Made by a program: the position numbers and the translations under genes
The notes under the pieces: model-generated
What the model was told of the DNA's origin: nothing
Databases searched by the model: none
What the model saw: the letters and a program-made list of their open reading frames with translations, nothing else
Shown: one piece after another, positions 45,401 through 53,141 of the stretch
How the letters are laid out: the number at the start of each line of letters is the position of its first letter
Numbering within the stretch: the stretch's first letter is position 1
IMG/VR virus record: IMGVR_UViG_3300033075_000545
Location: 65,974-129,973 of that record
Length of the DNA stretch: 64,000 bases
Origin: a virus
Taxonomy: Duplodnaviria; Caudoviricetes
Direction: 5' to 3' (one strand)

Positions 45401-48044
45401 GAAGCACAAGATCGCAACGGGCACCGGCATGTCTGCGATTGTGGACGCTTTGAAGCAGATGGACGTGTCGACGGAACTGGCGAAGGTCCGAAAACTTTCG
45501 CAGTCTGCACGTAAGACCCAGCGGGATGAGGCCAATCGGACTATCGGGTATCTGAAGACGATGGAGGCGAATAAGACGAGCCCGAAGGATTGGGTAATCT
45601 CGTCGGTTCCTGTTATGCCTCCAGCGTTCCGCCCGGTGTCCCAAGGAGCAAACGGCCTCATCGTCAACGACCAGAACCTTGTGTATAAGGATCTCCTGGA
45701 CGCCAACTCTGTTCTTAAGGATCTATCTAAGGAAGTCAGCGATGTTGGTCAGGAGAGGTTAAACCTGTACGACGCGGTGAAAGCGACGTTTGGCCTTGGT
45801 GCTCCGGTAAACGCCAAGCACCAGGAGAAGCAGGTGAAGGGGGTCCTGGAGCGGCTTCTAGGGTCGACGGCGAAGTATTCGTACGCACAGCAAAAACTCT
45901 TGGGTACGCCGATCGATCTGTCGGGTCGAGGACAGGTTCTGCCGAGTCCGGACCTGAACCTCGACGAAATTGGTATCCCGGAGAAGATGGGGTGGCAGGT
46001 GTTCCACCCGTTTGTTGTGCGTCAGTTGGTCCGCAATGGTATGCCCAGGGTGGAGGCCGCACGTCACGTTGCGGATCAGACGCCTGTTGCACGGCAGGCG
46101 CTGTTGAAGGAGATGGAGCAGCGCCCTGTATTAGCCACACGTTACCCCGCTTTGCACCGGTATAACGTTCAGGCATTTTTTCCGAGATTAGTCAAAGGTG
46201 ACGCACTATTAACTAACAACTTGATCAATCGCTCGTTCAATCTTGACCATGATGGGGATCAACAGCTTGGTAGCGTATTGGTATTGATCCCGGACATGAA
46301 ACTTGATTCAATTCGAGAGCGAACAGCCACGACGGAATTGTACTGGGAGACCAGACGCGTGCCATTCTCGAAAACTGCCTTACCTATACACACCCAGAAC
46401 GGGATCTCTACGTACCTAGTCAACCTGGCAGATTTCCCACATGAATCCCACCTCGGTTCAAAGGTAGGCGAGAAGGGGTTGATCGATTTTTATGCGGTAC
46501 CGAGCGACGTGAAAGTAATTAGCTACGACGAAAGTACCAGCAACGTTGTGATGGCGACTGTCGAGAGCTGGTCCGTTCACCATGATCGCGAAGTGGAGAT
46601 CGTCAACCTTCGATCGGGACGTCAAATTTTTACAGACGACGATCCTCGCGGTGTGTATGGTATCGACCCGGAGACCTACAGTTTCAAACGAGCACGCCCG
46701 GCTGATGGGGTGGGGATGTACGTACCCATCGCGAGCAGGTTGGAATTACTAAACGAAGACGATCGTACGGTTAGTCAATTTTCGCTTCCGGACGACGAAC
46801 GGTTGAATAAGTCGATCATGGCTGATCGAGACATTGGATACTTCTTCGGAACTATGGTCGGTAACGGATGGGTTACGGAGGGGGAGGATCGATACCGAAG
46901 GTTGTATCTCGCCTGCTCTGACGACAACGTGGGAGATGAATTTCGGAAAATTCTTCTAGAGAAGGTGTTCTGCGATCCACCCACAATTGGTCGCTACAAG
47001 ATGACCTCGGAGTACGGCGTTGGTTGGAGGTACGACGTCGCGTCTCCCAAACTGGCGGAATTTGTTGAACCCCTTATCGGAATCGGGGCACGTAACAAAC
47101 ACCTTCCACCGTTCTTTGCATCATGCGGTCGGGCGTTTGCAAAAGGTCTGTTGGAAGGACTAATCGACACGGATGGTACGGTGAGTACGAACGAGGACGG
47201 CGACCGAACTACGGTTTCTTATTCAACTACGTCCGTGCGATTGGCCCAAGAAGTTCAACACTTATGTCGACTGTTAGGTGTGTACGCAACGGTATCGCCG
47301 ACGAAAACTCCAGCCGGTTTGTCCAACTATATAGTCAACATCGTCACGAGGGACTTCGCAGCGTTGAAGTGTAAACTGCTACACAAATTTAAGAGTTCTA
47401 ACTTAGCTCGGACGCAGATTATTCAAAAAGCCGGGCCGAGGTATGCAGCCACGACTTGGGTACCGTATCCAAAACGCCACGGTCATGTGGTTCGAAAGAT
47501 CGTTAAAGCACACGGAGACGCCTTTTATGAAAGGTTCCGTCGCGCCGGTCAGTCCGGTTTGTTGACGCGAGACGTCGCACGTGAGGTGATTGCTGTCGTG
47601 GGGGACCGCGTTACGGCCGACGATTGGGAGCTGTTCAAACAGCTTGCGGCCAATGACAACGTCTCATGGGACGTCGTAGAGAATTATGTGAAAACAGGGA
47701 TTCTTGAAACAGGTTACGACCTTACGGTCCCGGGCTTCGAAACGTTCATGAGTGTCGACGGGGTGATCCTGTCCAACACGATGACGGTGTCCGTACCACT
47801 CTCGGAGGAGGCAGTGAAAGAGGCGTATGAGAAGCTTCTGCCTTCGAAGAATCTGTACTCTCCGGCGTCGTTCAAGGCCACGAATTTCGTTCCGAACATG
47901 GAGTACATCCAGGGACTCCACGCCGTATCCAACGCGGACGAAAAGAATCCGCACGTGACGTTCCGTACAAAGAAGGAAGCCTTCGCTGCGTATAAGCGCG
48001 GCGAGATTAATGCAGGTACTCGAGTCCGGATCGTCGAGGACTAA
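39474..48044 (+). CDS. Phage multisubunit RNA polymerase: beta fused to the N-terminal part of beta', with 4 inteins
   Basis: beta motifs GTFIMDG..SQL, GDKL|SGRHGNKG, YIMKLTH, GQPLRG. beta' motifs GLFD, PVMPPAFRP, LLG..DLSGR, RYPALHR, catalytic NLDHDGD|TMTVSVPLS. SD GAGGGG before GTG 39474. Confidence 0.95.
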   Translation: MPALSQPPMRKFGDYKTIRNAVFDNALESVKGLKPVENSRYSLAITEPHYPSPADYTTEDHTKAMIEGRSLSRRMMGTYTLKDKATGNVVDHKTTTIASVPVLTQQGTFIMDGTAMPVSSQLRLLPGVYSRRRQNNTLESHVNLTGRGVSHRIHLDPQTGVFKMTVGQAEIPVVNLLRAFGTTDDEIKSAWGNDLFNVNRKHDKPHYLDRLYEKFGPAGKRPDGVDLAKVVAERISNYDMDPWVSQRTLGKPLDKYGKDAVLSATSRLLKIAHGETEPDDRDSLAYATVWGPEHLIAERLTRVNPILSKMMWQVTNTGNLKRLPAGLLTQAIRTVFTKSGLAQCFDSETKVLTARGFVSWPEVTPEDSFACLIEGKVEFHNGKLREYDYEGEMYGCKTKKFSYLVTPDHRLYTAPSASAKRDVFRFEFAKDAHNLERRFISTIGERSATQITTRVGDLIQIPTSPNYKYDVEQAEISVKAEVWAEFLGWFLSEGCVMTAKRRYQYQKITTSPVRSTEGTQLITAIAQSPKANPENFAQLNRLLARMPFRWHFLKGCNQFKCTHRRLGEFLEGCGKYARNKRIPSYVFGWSDDLLDIFLDAFIAGDGNVSGPEACTKIELSSEGLIQDVAIVAGYLGYAPRIRSIPSRTKFSKKTGKTYNCRPTWSLSLGQNPYSMAMTSRQSLKVGSTPAYYTQTYCGKVYCATVPGGLLYVMRDGKGHWSGNSAEGTNAAEFMDNGARITKVGEGGIGRSADTIPDSARYVNPSQIPFIDIARMSECFDSETEVMTAEGWKKWSEVTDADRFACLIDDRLEFHHASKLHVSDYDGLMYGVKGENLNYLVTPNHRFWVQRLGCKPWQFLTAEQVHGCNVSHQSAGHKPLLGFGDSFAVPLIEANEADVAEDESENSSRRTMGDRRLKQSETYPIAPFAEFMGWYLGEGSTRVPNAAGTVSGYTTVITQSKSANPAKCERIEKTIAEVGLHGKYYDSAHGFLIRSRQLTEYVRQFGRSHERWIPEELLAAPVEARQRLFDALLLAEGTRNAVRYTKFSSTSKRMAQDFCRLAFSLGYSTTVATYKDRRKDSYHLMYLVTLHTRTVRQVRKDYTHKKSDKTGDYYTQAYKGKVYCATVPGGKLYVRRQEACGFWSGNSETIGVDLRTAFGTRLGHDKQIYAPVKDMTTNKLVYKSPRDLADSTVGFPDALHSTDAVVPVIKGGKLTYAPKKEINYLIPSMEQTFSPLTNMVPLKSSSKAHRSSMGAKMLVQSLELSNAEAPLVRTEVPGQPGKSFEELYGKHTGAVFSRPNAVGQVKEVTPFAVKIGYPDGTEDNHQIYHYLPSGRKSATHQTPLVKVGDMVNPNQLIVKSNSVDKNGHLAYGANARVAFMTAPGVYEDSLAISKSFAKRLTSEHLYRHQLENDDATRSGKSGYVAAFPGRHSLDVLKTIGDDGIVQPGTVVKKGDPLILAIKNKQSQYGRLSRSGRSNVGDASETWDYDEPGTVVGVHQTKNGPVVLVNAQKAAKEGDKLCYDPQTEIFTGKGWKSVSDLTPTDLVLSRKEDGTIEYLYPTAIHSYAHTGKMFHLEHQEISLCVTPNHHLYVKRDDAYTYELIEAQDLKGGYTLLSTIRTNDAPAIVEIHVDEETHQKAWVDYDGHVYCATLPRNNVMYARRGNNIAVWCGNSGRHGNKGVTVIKPDEEMPHDAQGRPIDIIISSLGTVSRANPSAIFEAFLGKIAEKRGQPYVVPDFQHGQDNAKFVQKEGEKHGVSFMEDLTDPQTGRKIPQVGVGNMYIMKLTHMSEGKVKGRGLGGYDETGQPLRGKAGAAMRSSLGDTNALLSSGATNVIHDAHAFRGQSNPEFWLSYMSGYPAPRPNVSKPFERFLTELRAGGIDPVRKDSRYHLMALTDTKINELAGDRVVENGETLDFSRNGEPYKKGLFDVGTFGSVDNATQWAKVPLHEPVLNPVFDEPARRLLGLTEQKFRDTIAGKHKIATGTGMSAIVDALKQMDVSTELAKVRKLSQSARKTQRDEANRTIGYLKTMEANKTSPKDWVISSVPVMPPAFRPVSQGANGLIVNDQNLVYKDLLDANSVLKDLSKEVSDVGQERLNLYDAVKATFGLGAPVNAKHQEKQVKGVLERLLGSTAKYSYAQQKLLGTPIDLSGRGQVLPSPDLNLDEIGIPEKMGWQVFHPFVVRQLVRNGMPRVEAARHVADQTPVARQALLKEMEQRPVLATRYPALHRYNVQAFFPRLVKGDALLTNNLINRSFNLDHDGDQQLGSVLVLIPDMKLDSIRERTATTELYWETRRVPFSKTALPIHTQNGISTYLVNLADFPHESHLGSKVGEKGLIDFYAVPSDVKVISYDESTSNVVMATVESWSVHHDREVEIVNLRSGRQIFTDDDPRGVYGIDPETYSFKRARPADGVGMYVPIASRLELLNEDDRTVSQFSLPDDERLNKSIMADRDIGYFFGTMVGNGWVTEGEDRYRRLYLACSDDNVGDEFRKILLEKVFCDPPTIGRYKMTSEYGVGWRYDVASPKLAEFVEPLIGIGARNKHLPPFFASCGRAFAKGLLEGLIDTDGTVSTNEDGDRTTVSYSTTSVRLAQEVQHLCRLLGVYATVSPTKTPAGLSNYIVNIVTRDFAALKCKLLHKFKSSNLARTQIIQKAGPRYAATTWVPYPKRHGHVVRKIVKAHGDAFYERFRRAGQSGLLTRDVAREVIAVVGDRVTADDWELFKQLAANDNVSWDVVENYVKTGILETGYDLTVPGFETFMSVDGVILSNTMTVSVPLSEEAVKEAYEKLLPSKNLYSPASFKATNFVPNMEYIQGLHAVSNADEKNPHVTFRTKKEAFAAYKRGEINAGTRVRIVED
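40503..41642 (+). mobile_element. RNAP intein 1 (380 aa, LAGLIDADG)
   Basis: CFDSETKV..VTPDH..FLGWFLSEG..FIAGDG..KVYCATVP..WSGN|S. Confidence 0.93.
41805..42908 (+). mobile_element. RNAP intein 2 (368 aa, LAGLIDADG)
   Basis: CFDSETEV..VTPNH..MGWYLGEG..KVYCATVP..WSGN|S. Confidence 0.93.
44031..44486 (+). mobile_element. RNAP mini-intein 3 (152 aa) in GDKL|SGRHGNKG
   Basis: CYDPQTEI..VTPNH..HVYCATLP..WCGN|S. Confidence 0.93.
46260..47777 (+). mobile_element. RNAP intein 4 (506 aa, LAGLIDADG), atypical: Gln1 and no block-B His
   Basis: DHDGD|QQLGSVLVLI...GLLEGLIDTDG...TGYDLTVPGFETF..GVILSN|TMTV. Confidence 0.85.
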
Positions 48045-48075
48045 ACTCGAGTTCTGCGACTGGCACTATTGTTTG
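48042..48075 (+). promoter_or_regulatory. Conserved promoter-like motif, copy 5
   Basis: TAAA-N16-GGCA-CT-ATT-GT-TTG, followed by the hairpin AGGCCACCC/GGGTGGCCT. Confidence 0.65.
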
Positions 48076-48123
48076 AGGAGGCCACCCGTTCTGGGTGGCC
48101 TTGTTACTTTTATGGAGGGAGAC

Positions 48124-48990
48124 ATGTTACCTGACTACTTGGAGCCATTTGCGACAATCACGGAACAAGAGGTGAGGGCGCTCTGTCAAGCTACTCCGTC
48201 CACGCTCATCGATGAGGTATTCACTGCGACTCGAGATGTCTTGTCATGCCTGACTGAGGCAACTTACCAAATCTTTCTGTGGGACGTAATTGATCGACAC
48301 CACAGGTGGTGGCTGAACGACCCGAGTCGGGTCAGTACCAATATGGGCCGGTGGCCCCAAATCGAACACACCCAGAAGCTTGTTGACGAAGTACTTGCAA
48401 GTTTGTCCGATCCGATCGTTACGCCCTCCCAGGCTGAACAATGCGTTACGACCCTGCTTGAATGGGCGCAGACACACCTCAGTCGTGAAAAGAGAACGCA
48501 CCGTACGTCCGATACGCACAACATGGCAGGGTTCATTGCAGCGGTACGTCGATCTGTAACCGGCGCCTCCATCACGCCCGCAGGGGCTCCACGGGACCAC
48601 GCGAGACTTGAGCGAATGATGGACATCATCGCGACCTGTGCGAGGTGTGCGGGTTATCTGCCGCAAACGACTGGCGGCATCGTCGACGGTAAGCTATCAG
48701 ACGCGGGATTTAATAGATCCCGCGCTGTTTTGGCTCTTACGAGATGGACGAGACGTGCGATTCAAGGCGCGGCGCCGGTGGTAATTGACTCGAGTTGGAG
48801 AACCGATACGGTAGTGTCTTTGGTCAAGTTGATTTACCGCAACTCGACGTACCATGATCTCCCCATTCTAGCGGACGCCCTCCAGGACGCGGGGTGCGAC
48901 AATGAGGAAGTGTTGATCAATCTGCGGGATACCCATCGAGTCCGTACACGTGCAGATGGCGTCCTCACATCGATCTTGGGCATTAGCTAA
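48124..48990 (+). CDS. Gemmata-type protein with C-terminal WRTxTVVxL...PILADALQDAGC domain
   Basis: SSWRTDTVVSLVKLIY..LPILADALQDAGCDNEEVL; SD GGAGGG. Confidence 0.8.
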   Translation: MLPDYLEPFATITEQEVRALCQATPSTLIDEVFTATRDVLSCLTEATYQIFLWDVIDRHHRWWLNDPSRVSTNMGRWPQIEHTQKLVDEVLASLSDPIVTPSQAEQCVTTLLEWAQTHLSREKRTHRTSDTHNMAGFIAAVRRSVTGASITPAGAPRDHARLERMMDIIATCARCAGYLPQTTGGIVDGKLSDAGFNRSRAVLALTRWTRRAIQGAAPVVIDSSWRTDTVVSLVKLIYRNSTYHDLPILADALQDAGCDNEEVLINLRDTHRVRTRADGVLTSILGIS

Positions 48991-49021
48991 ACTCGACCTG
49001 TTTGACGGGCAGTATTCCTTG
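48988..49021 (+). promoter_or_regulatory. Conserved promoter-like motif, copy 6
   Basis: TAAA-N16-GGCA-GT-ATT-CC-TTG, followed by GAGGGG. Confidence 0.65.
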
Positions 49022-49066
49022 GAGGGGCGTACTGCCCGTTGAAAATTTCATGTACTGGAGAATTTC

Positions 49067-49714
49067 ATGAACAGCGAAGAGACAGCCTTCTACGCACAGA
49101 TGGAGAACTACGCCGATGACACGTGTCGGTTGGTGTTCGCGGACTGGTTGGAGGAGCACGACCTCTCGATGAGTGCTGCCCGGCTCCGGTGGTGGGTTGA
49201 TGCTCGCAACAAGGTGCGGGCGGGGGTGATCTGGGACCGCCACACGACTCGGCGTGACGTGACTACGGCAATTGCGAGGTTGTCTTCAGAATGGGTCCGC
49301 CGGCTGTACACTGTTGAAGTCGCACGTATCGTGCTGGAGAAGTACCCGCTTGCCGCGTCGCAGGACGAGCCCGCCGCAACGGTGAATAGGACGTTCGCCG
49401 TTGCGGAACGGTATGCTCTTCTGCTCGCGACCAATAAGGAATTAGCGGCGACACGGTCGGCGGCAGAGTCGGCGGCATTGACTGTGACAAGATCAGCGAC
49501 AGCGTCGGCGGCATGGTCGGCGGCATGGTCGGCGGCATGGTCGGCGGTAGAGTCGGCGGCATGGTCGGCGGCATGGTCGGCGGTAGAGTCGGCGGTAGAG
49601 TCGGCGGCAAGGTCGGCGGTAGAGTCGGCGGCAGGTTCGGCGGCATGGTCGGCGGCAGGTTCGGCGGCAGGTTCGGCGGCAGAAATCCTTGCGAGTCTTC
49701 CCATACCAGAATAG
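49067..49714 (+). CDS. TIGR02996-like domain protein with a SAAx tetrapeptide repeat tail
   Basis: EETAFYA..DDTCRLVFADWLEEH; (SAAW/SAVE/SAAG)n. Confidence 0.8.
   Translation: MNSEETAFYAQMENYADDTCRLVFADWLEEHDLSMSAARLRWWVDARNKVRAGVIWDRHTTRRDVTTAIARLSSEWVRRLYTVEVARIVLEKYPLAASQDEPAATVNRTFAVAERYALLLATNKELAATRSAAESAALTVTRSATASAAWSAAWSAAWSAVESAAWSAAWSAVESAVESAARSAVESAAGSAAWSAAGSAAGSAAEILASLPIPE
49505..49684 (+). repeat. 12-bp coding tandem repeat, 15 copies of TCGGCGGYANNN
   Basis: Read directly from the sequence. Confidence 0.9.
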
Positions 49715-49764
49715 CCGTTCAGGTCTTAGCCCAATTTTTGGGGTACTACAAACGAGGAACCAAC

Positions 49765-50154
49765 GTGTCACAAATAGTTTATGGTCTGTCACACCAGATT
49801 CAGATGCGGAATCTGGTGTGTCGGATTTGGCGGAACCGGGGGGCCCGCGGCCCATGGTATACGGTGGGTGTTGACCGAGAATATACGGACGGCTTCGGTC
49901 AGAAGAAGACCGCACGTACGTTTGGTGTTGATGATCTGTTGCCACTAGCCGAGATCGTCCGAGCGGCATGGCGGTGGATCGACGCCCAGAACGACCACGG
50001 ACAGGGTGAGACCTCACGTGCGTTTGGTGTTGGTGACCTACTTCCACTGTCGGAGAGCATCAAGGCTGCGTGGAAGTGGGCTGAAGAGCAGGAAGAAGGT
50101 ACAACAGAGACCCAGTACTATGGGTCCATCGAAGAAGACACGCCAAAAGAATAA
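49765..50154 (+). CDS. Hypothetical protein with a duplicated FGVxDLLPL helix
   Basis: GAGG SD and GTG start; IWRN..PWYTV; internal duplication TxRxFGVxDLLPLxExxxAAWxW. Confidence 0.65.
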   Translation: MSQIVYGLSHQIQMRNLVCRIWRNRGARGPWYTVGVDREYTDGFGQKKTARTFGVDDLLPLAEIVRAAWRWIDAQNDHGQGETSRAFGVGDLLPLSESIKAAWKWAEEQEEGTTETQYYGSIEEDTPKE

Positions 50155-50210
50155 TGTTACGGTGCCCTTGGGACTCGAGTCACTCGGGTTCGTTGCTCGT
50201 CAAGGGTCTT

Positions 50211-50241
50211 ACCCACACTCACTTCGAGTGTGGGTTTTTTT
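50211..50241 (+). terminator. Intrinsic terminator
   Basis: ACCCACACTC-acttc-GAGTGTGGGT-TTTTTT. Confidence 0.85.
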
Positions 50242-50257
50242 GTGAAGGAGTGGTTTC

Positions 50258-51535
50258 ATGTTGGGACTTTTCACACGTCGGTCGGCGCGGAAGCCCGTGA
50301 ACAATCGGGTGCGTTTGGGTGGCGACGCGTTTGGGATGGTCGAGCGGTTGGAGGACCGGGAGGTACCTGCGGTGGTGACGTGGTTGGGCACCGCCTCGAC
50401 CAGTTGGGGTACGGGCAACAACTGGGATACGGGGAACGCGCCCACGGCGCTGGACACGGTCGTGGTGCCACAAAACAGTCCGGTTTTGGTGGTGAACGTC
50501 GCCGCAGCATGTCAGTCTCTGACGTTTGGGACGCCCACGACAACGTGGACGCCGACCGTCAACGTCAACAACAACCTCACCGTCGGTAACGGCGGCATCT
50601 CGGGTACGGGTGTATTGTTCAACGTGGGATCCACGTTATCGTCCTCGGGGACGATCGCGGCGAACGGATGTACGTTCGCAGGATCCGGAACGTTTAAGGT
50701 CGCGTCGGGTGGAACGTGGACCATGACTGACACGACGGCGACCTTCCGCGCTGTCGGGTTGACCGTCGAGTCCGGTGGGACTCTGACGATGAACAATTCG
50801 ACGATCACGTCCCCGGCAACGGGGCCGATGAACATGTACGTGTATGGGAGTCTGTACTCCCATACCGGCACCAACACGTTGGACAACGTGAATGGGAACC
50901 TAATCACGTACGGTACGGTTCAGGTCAGCGCAAGCCCGACCAACCAGACGTACCAGATGAAGGTGTTCGCTGCTGCGGCGGGGTTCATGTGGGGAAGCGT
51001 CCTCACCGTGTTGGACGGCTCCACCTTTGCAGCGGATCGCGGTAACGTGATCTCATCTCCGGACCTGATGGGCACCGGTGCTACCGTTACGGTAGCCGCC
51101 AATGCCATGCTCAAGGCTGAGCATGCCATGGGTTGGATGAACAGTACCGTCTCGCTGCCGGGAGCGGGGACGCACTTCATCACGGCGCCGACGGTGACGT
51201 TCAGTTCGTCGCAACTGAACTTCACATCGGCGTTGGGGGACATCAACGGCGTAAACGGCGATTGGAACCTGTTCACTACGCAGTTCAATGGCGTGGTTGA
51301 CGAGACGGCTGGGCGCGTCTCCAACCTGACAGTGCGCACGTTGAACTACATGGGTTTGTCGTGCACGTTGGCGACCATGAACCCCATCGCTCCGGTGGCG
51401 AACACGTGGTGGACGTGGATGAACGCCACCAACGGCGCGACCGGGAACATGCTGAGCTTCACGATCGACAACAATCTGCAACACCGGGAGATCGCGGTGA
51501 ACAACGGCAAGGTGTTCCAGATCGGATGGAACTAA
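50258..51535 (+). CDS. Planctomycete-type extracellular protein (LExRxxP leader) with beta-helix/adhesin-like repeats
   Basis: RRSARK..VERLEDREVPA leader, W.G..TSW..NW, Thr/Gly/Asn-rich beta repeats. Confidence 0.8.
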   Translation: MLGLFTRRSARKPVNNRVRLGGDAFGMVERLEDREVPAVVTWLGTASTSWGTGNNWDTGNAPTALDTVVVPQNSPVLVVNVAAACQSLTFGTPTTTWTPTVNVNNNLTVGNGGISGTGVLFNVGSTLSSSGTIAANGCTFAGSGTFKVASGGTWTMTDTTATFRAVGLTVESGGTLTMNNSTITSPATGPMNMYVYGSLYSHTGTNTLDNVNGNLITYGTVQVSASPTNQTYQMKVFAAAAGFMWGSVLTVLDGSTFAADRGNVISSPDLMGTGATVTVAANAMLKAEHAMGWMNSTVSLPGAGTHFITAPTVTFSSSQLNFTSALGDINGVNGDWNLFTTQFNGVVDETAGRVSNLTVRTLNYMGLSCTLATMNPIAPVANTWWTWMNATNGATGNMLSFTIDNNLQHREIAVNNGKVFQIGWN

Positions 51536-51565
51536 GTTGGGTTGCCCAACTAAGTGATTGGTAAC

Positions 51566-51597
51566 GAGCAGGGGGTGTGGGCCCCCTGCTTCATTTG
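51566..51597 (+). terminator. Possible terminator
   Basis: GAGCAGGGGG/CCCCCTGCTT, followed by CATTT. Confidence 0.45.
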
Positions 51598-51806
51598 TTG
51601 GAGGTGCGATGGCAAAGACTGTCGTTCTGTAACTCGAAGAGCCTTCCGCAAAAGGTCAACATTCGGGATCGGTTATGGGAGTGGGTTGGGATTGGTTGGA
51701 TCGACATCGGTGGATTTGATCCTAAGTACCCGATCGTGGTAAACGACGAGTGATTTGTAAGTAAGTTGATCAACTTCATGAACTGAAACTGAACAAGGAG
51801 ATTCTT

Positions 51807-52487
51807 ATGGTTGAGGTTGTCGATCGATCGCCGCTGGCGTGGATGTCTTGCGTCGATCAGGTTTACAGTGCGTGGTTTGATGCCCTCATGGTGGAAGACG
51901 ATCTGAGTGAGTTGGTGCCGTATCTACCGTTGACCGACCGGAACAGGGTGGATCTGTCCATCATTGCGGTCCATGAACTTCCGGGTTCAGCCTTGACGAT
52001 GCGGAACGCAGCGATGTTTGATGCCGCGGACCATTACCTCAACTGGGGGTATCGACCGGAGGGGATTTACAAGTTCGTGGTTAAGGTCCGTGAAGGGTTT
52101 ACAATCCCGCTCGTCAACTGCGATATGGTGATTGATCTGTTGCTGGACGACGAGAGCCAACAGGTGCGTAGTCCGTGGATGGGGACGCACAGGCGCAACG
52201 CGAAGGATCACATCGTTCGTCGTAACGTGGCCGAAGCCACCGCCCATGCAGCGTCGGTCATGATTCATCCGTATGGGTGGGTGTTCAATCCGGAGTGGCG
52301 GACACAGACGGTCGTCACCCTAGCAAACGCTACTCTTGGTGGCGTTTACAACTGTATGCCGATTCTCGCGGATGCCCTGCAAGATGCGGGGTGTGAGGAC
52401 ACGCGAATCTTGACCATGCTCCAAAACCCCGATATCAAGTGGTGCCGTGGATCGTGGATCATTGACAGCATTCGCGGTCTCCGCTAA
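51807..52487 (+). CDS. Second Gemmata-type PILADALQDAGC domain protein
   Basis: FNPEWRTQTVVTLA..MPILADALQDAGCED..RGSWIIDSI. Confidence 0.82.
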   Translation: MVEVVDRSPLAWMSCVDQVYSAWFDALMVEDDLSELVPYLPLTDRNRVDLSIIAVHELPGSALTMRNAAMFDAADHYLNWGYRPEGIYKFVVKVREGFTIPLVNCDMVIDLLLDDESQQVRSPWMGTHRRNAKDHIVRRNVAEATAHAASVMIHPYGWVFNPEWRTQTVVTLANATLGGVYNCMPILADALQDAGCEDTRILTMLQNPDIKWCRGSWIIDSIRGLR

Positions 52488-52517
52488 TTCCAAACTCTAG
52501 ATTCAAGGAAGAATCCG

Positions 52518-52673
52518 ATGAAGAAGATCATGACGATCGTTGCCATGTTCTTGACCGGTTGCGCGACAACAGAGACCGCTAAGGTGAAGACTACTGCAGT
52601 GGTTTCTGTTGAGATGCCTATCGAGAACCACAGTCGGCCAGTGTTGAAGGCTGAAATCAAACTCACAAGATAA
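52518..52673 (+). CDS. Small lipoprotein (51 aa; below the ORF-track cutoff)
   Basis: MKKIMTIVAMFLTGC lipobox; SD AAGGA. Confidence 0.65.
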   Translation: MKKIMTIVAMFLTGCATTETAKVKTTAVVSVEMPIENHSRPVLKAEIKLTR

Positions 52674-52677
52674 TCTC

Positions 52678-53043
52678 ATGACGACTCTTGAAGAGTTGCT
52701 GAAAACAGTGATGCGCACCCGGGCTAACGACCCGGGAGCCATCGCTGTTTTTACGGATTGTTTGCTGGAGCACACACCAGATTTCGGGGAGTCGCTTAAG
52801 GTGCGTGTGAAGTTCAGAGTACGACAAGGGGTTGTGATTCTAAAGAACTCCACGTCAGGGTCGAAAGTCTGCGCTTCGGTCAACATGCTAAAGGTGAGTG
52901 TGTTTCACATTCGTCCTGAGCCGCACCCGAACCGCTGGGGTCGTGTAGATTCGGGCGTGCGTACGCGGTTTGGGTGGGCCCCGGTTGGGGACCCAGCGAT
53001 CATCGAGGTCATTCGCGATGCCTGTCAAATATTCCGGTCCTGA
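52678..53043 (+). CDS. Hypothetical protein with a degenerate TIGR02996-like N-terminus
   Basis: RANDPGAIAVFTDCLLEH resembles PDDDxxRLVxADWLEEH. Confidence 0.5.
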   Translation: MTTLEELLKTVMRTRANDPGAIAVFTDCLLEHTPDFGESLKVRVKFRVRQGVVILKNSTSGSKVCASVNMLKVSVFHIRPEPHPNRWGRVDSGVRTRFGWAPVGDPAIIEVIRDACQIFRS

Positions 53044-53141
53044 CCTATTCGATAATCGCTTGGATGATGGGGACGGATTGATTACTATAAAACCAAGCCA
53101 CCCGCGCTTGGTTTTTTAGCCGTCACAAGGGCCCGCGTGCA

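Noticed and set aside
31949-48075. Sigma54 promoters (TGGCAC...)
   Set aside because: Spacing to TTG is 1 nt too long and the -12 GC is mostly absent. The sites fit the TAAA-N16 motif better.
49108-50047. Minus-strand and alternative-frame ORFs with PPT/ADH/GGR/CRR repeats
   Set aside because: By-products of the 12-bp repeat; only the frame containing the TIGR02996-like domain has an SD and a recognisable domain.
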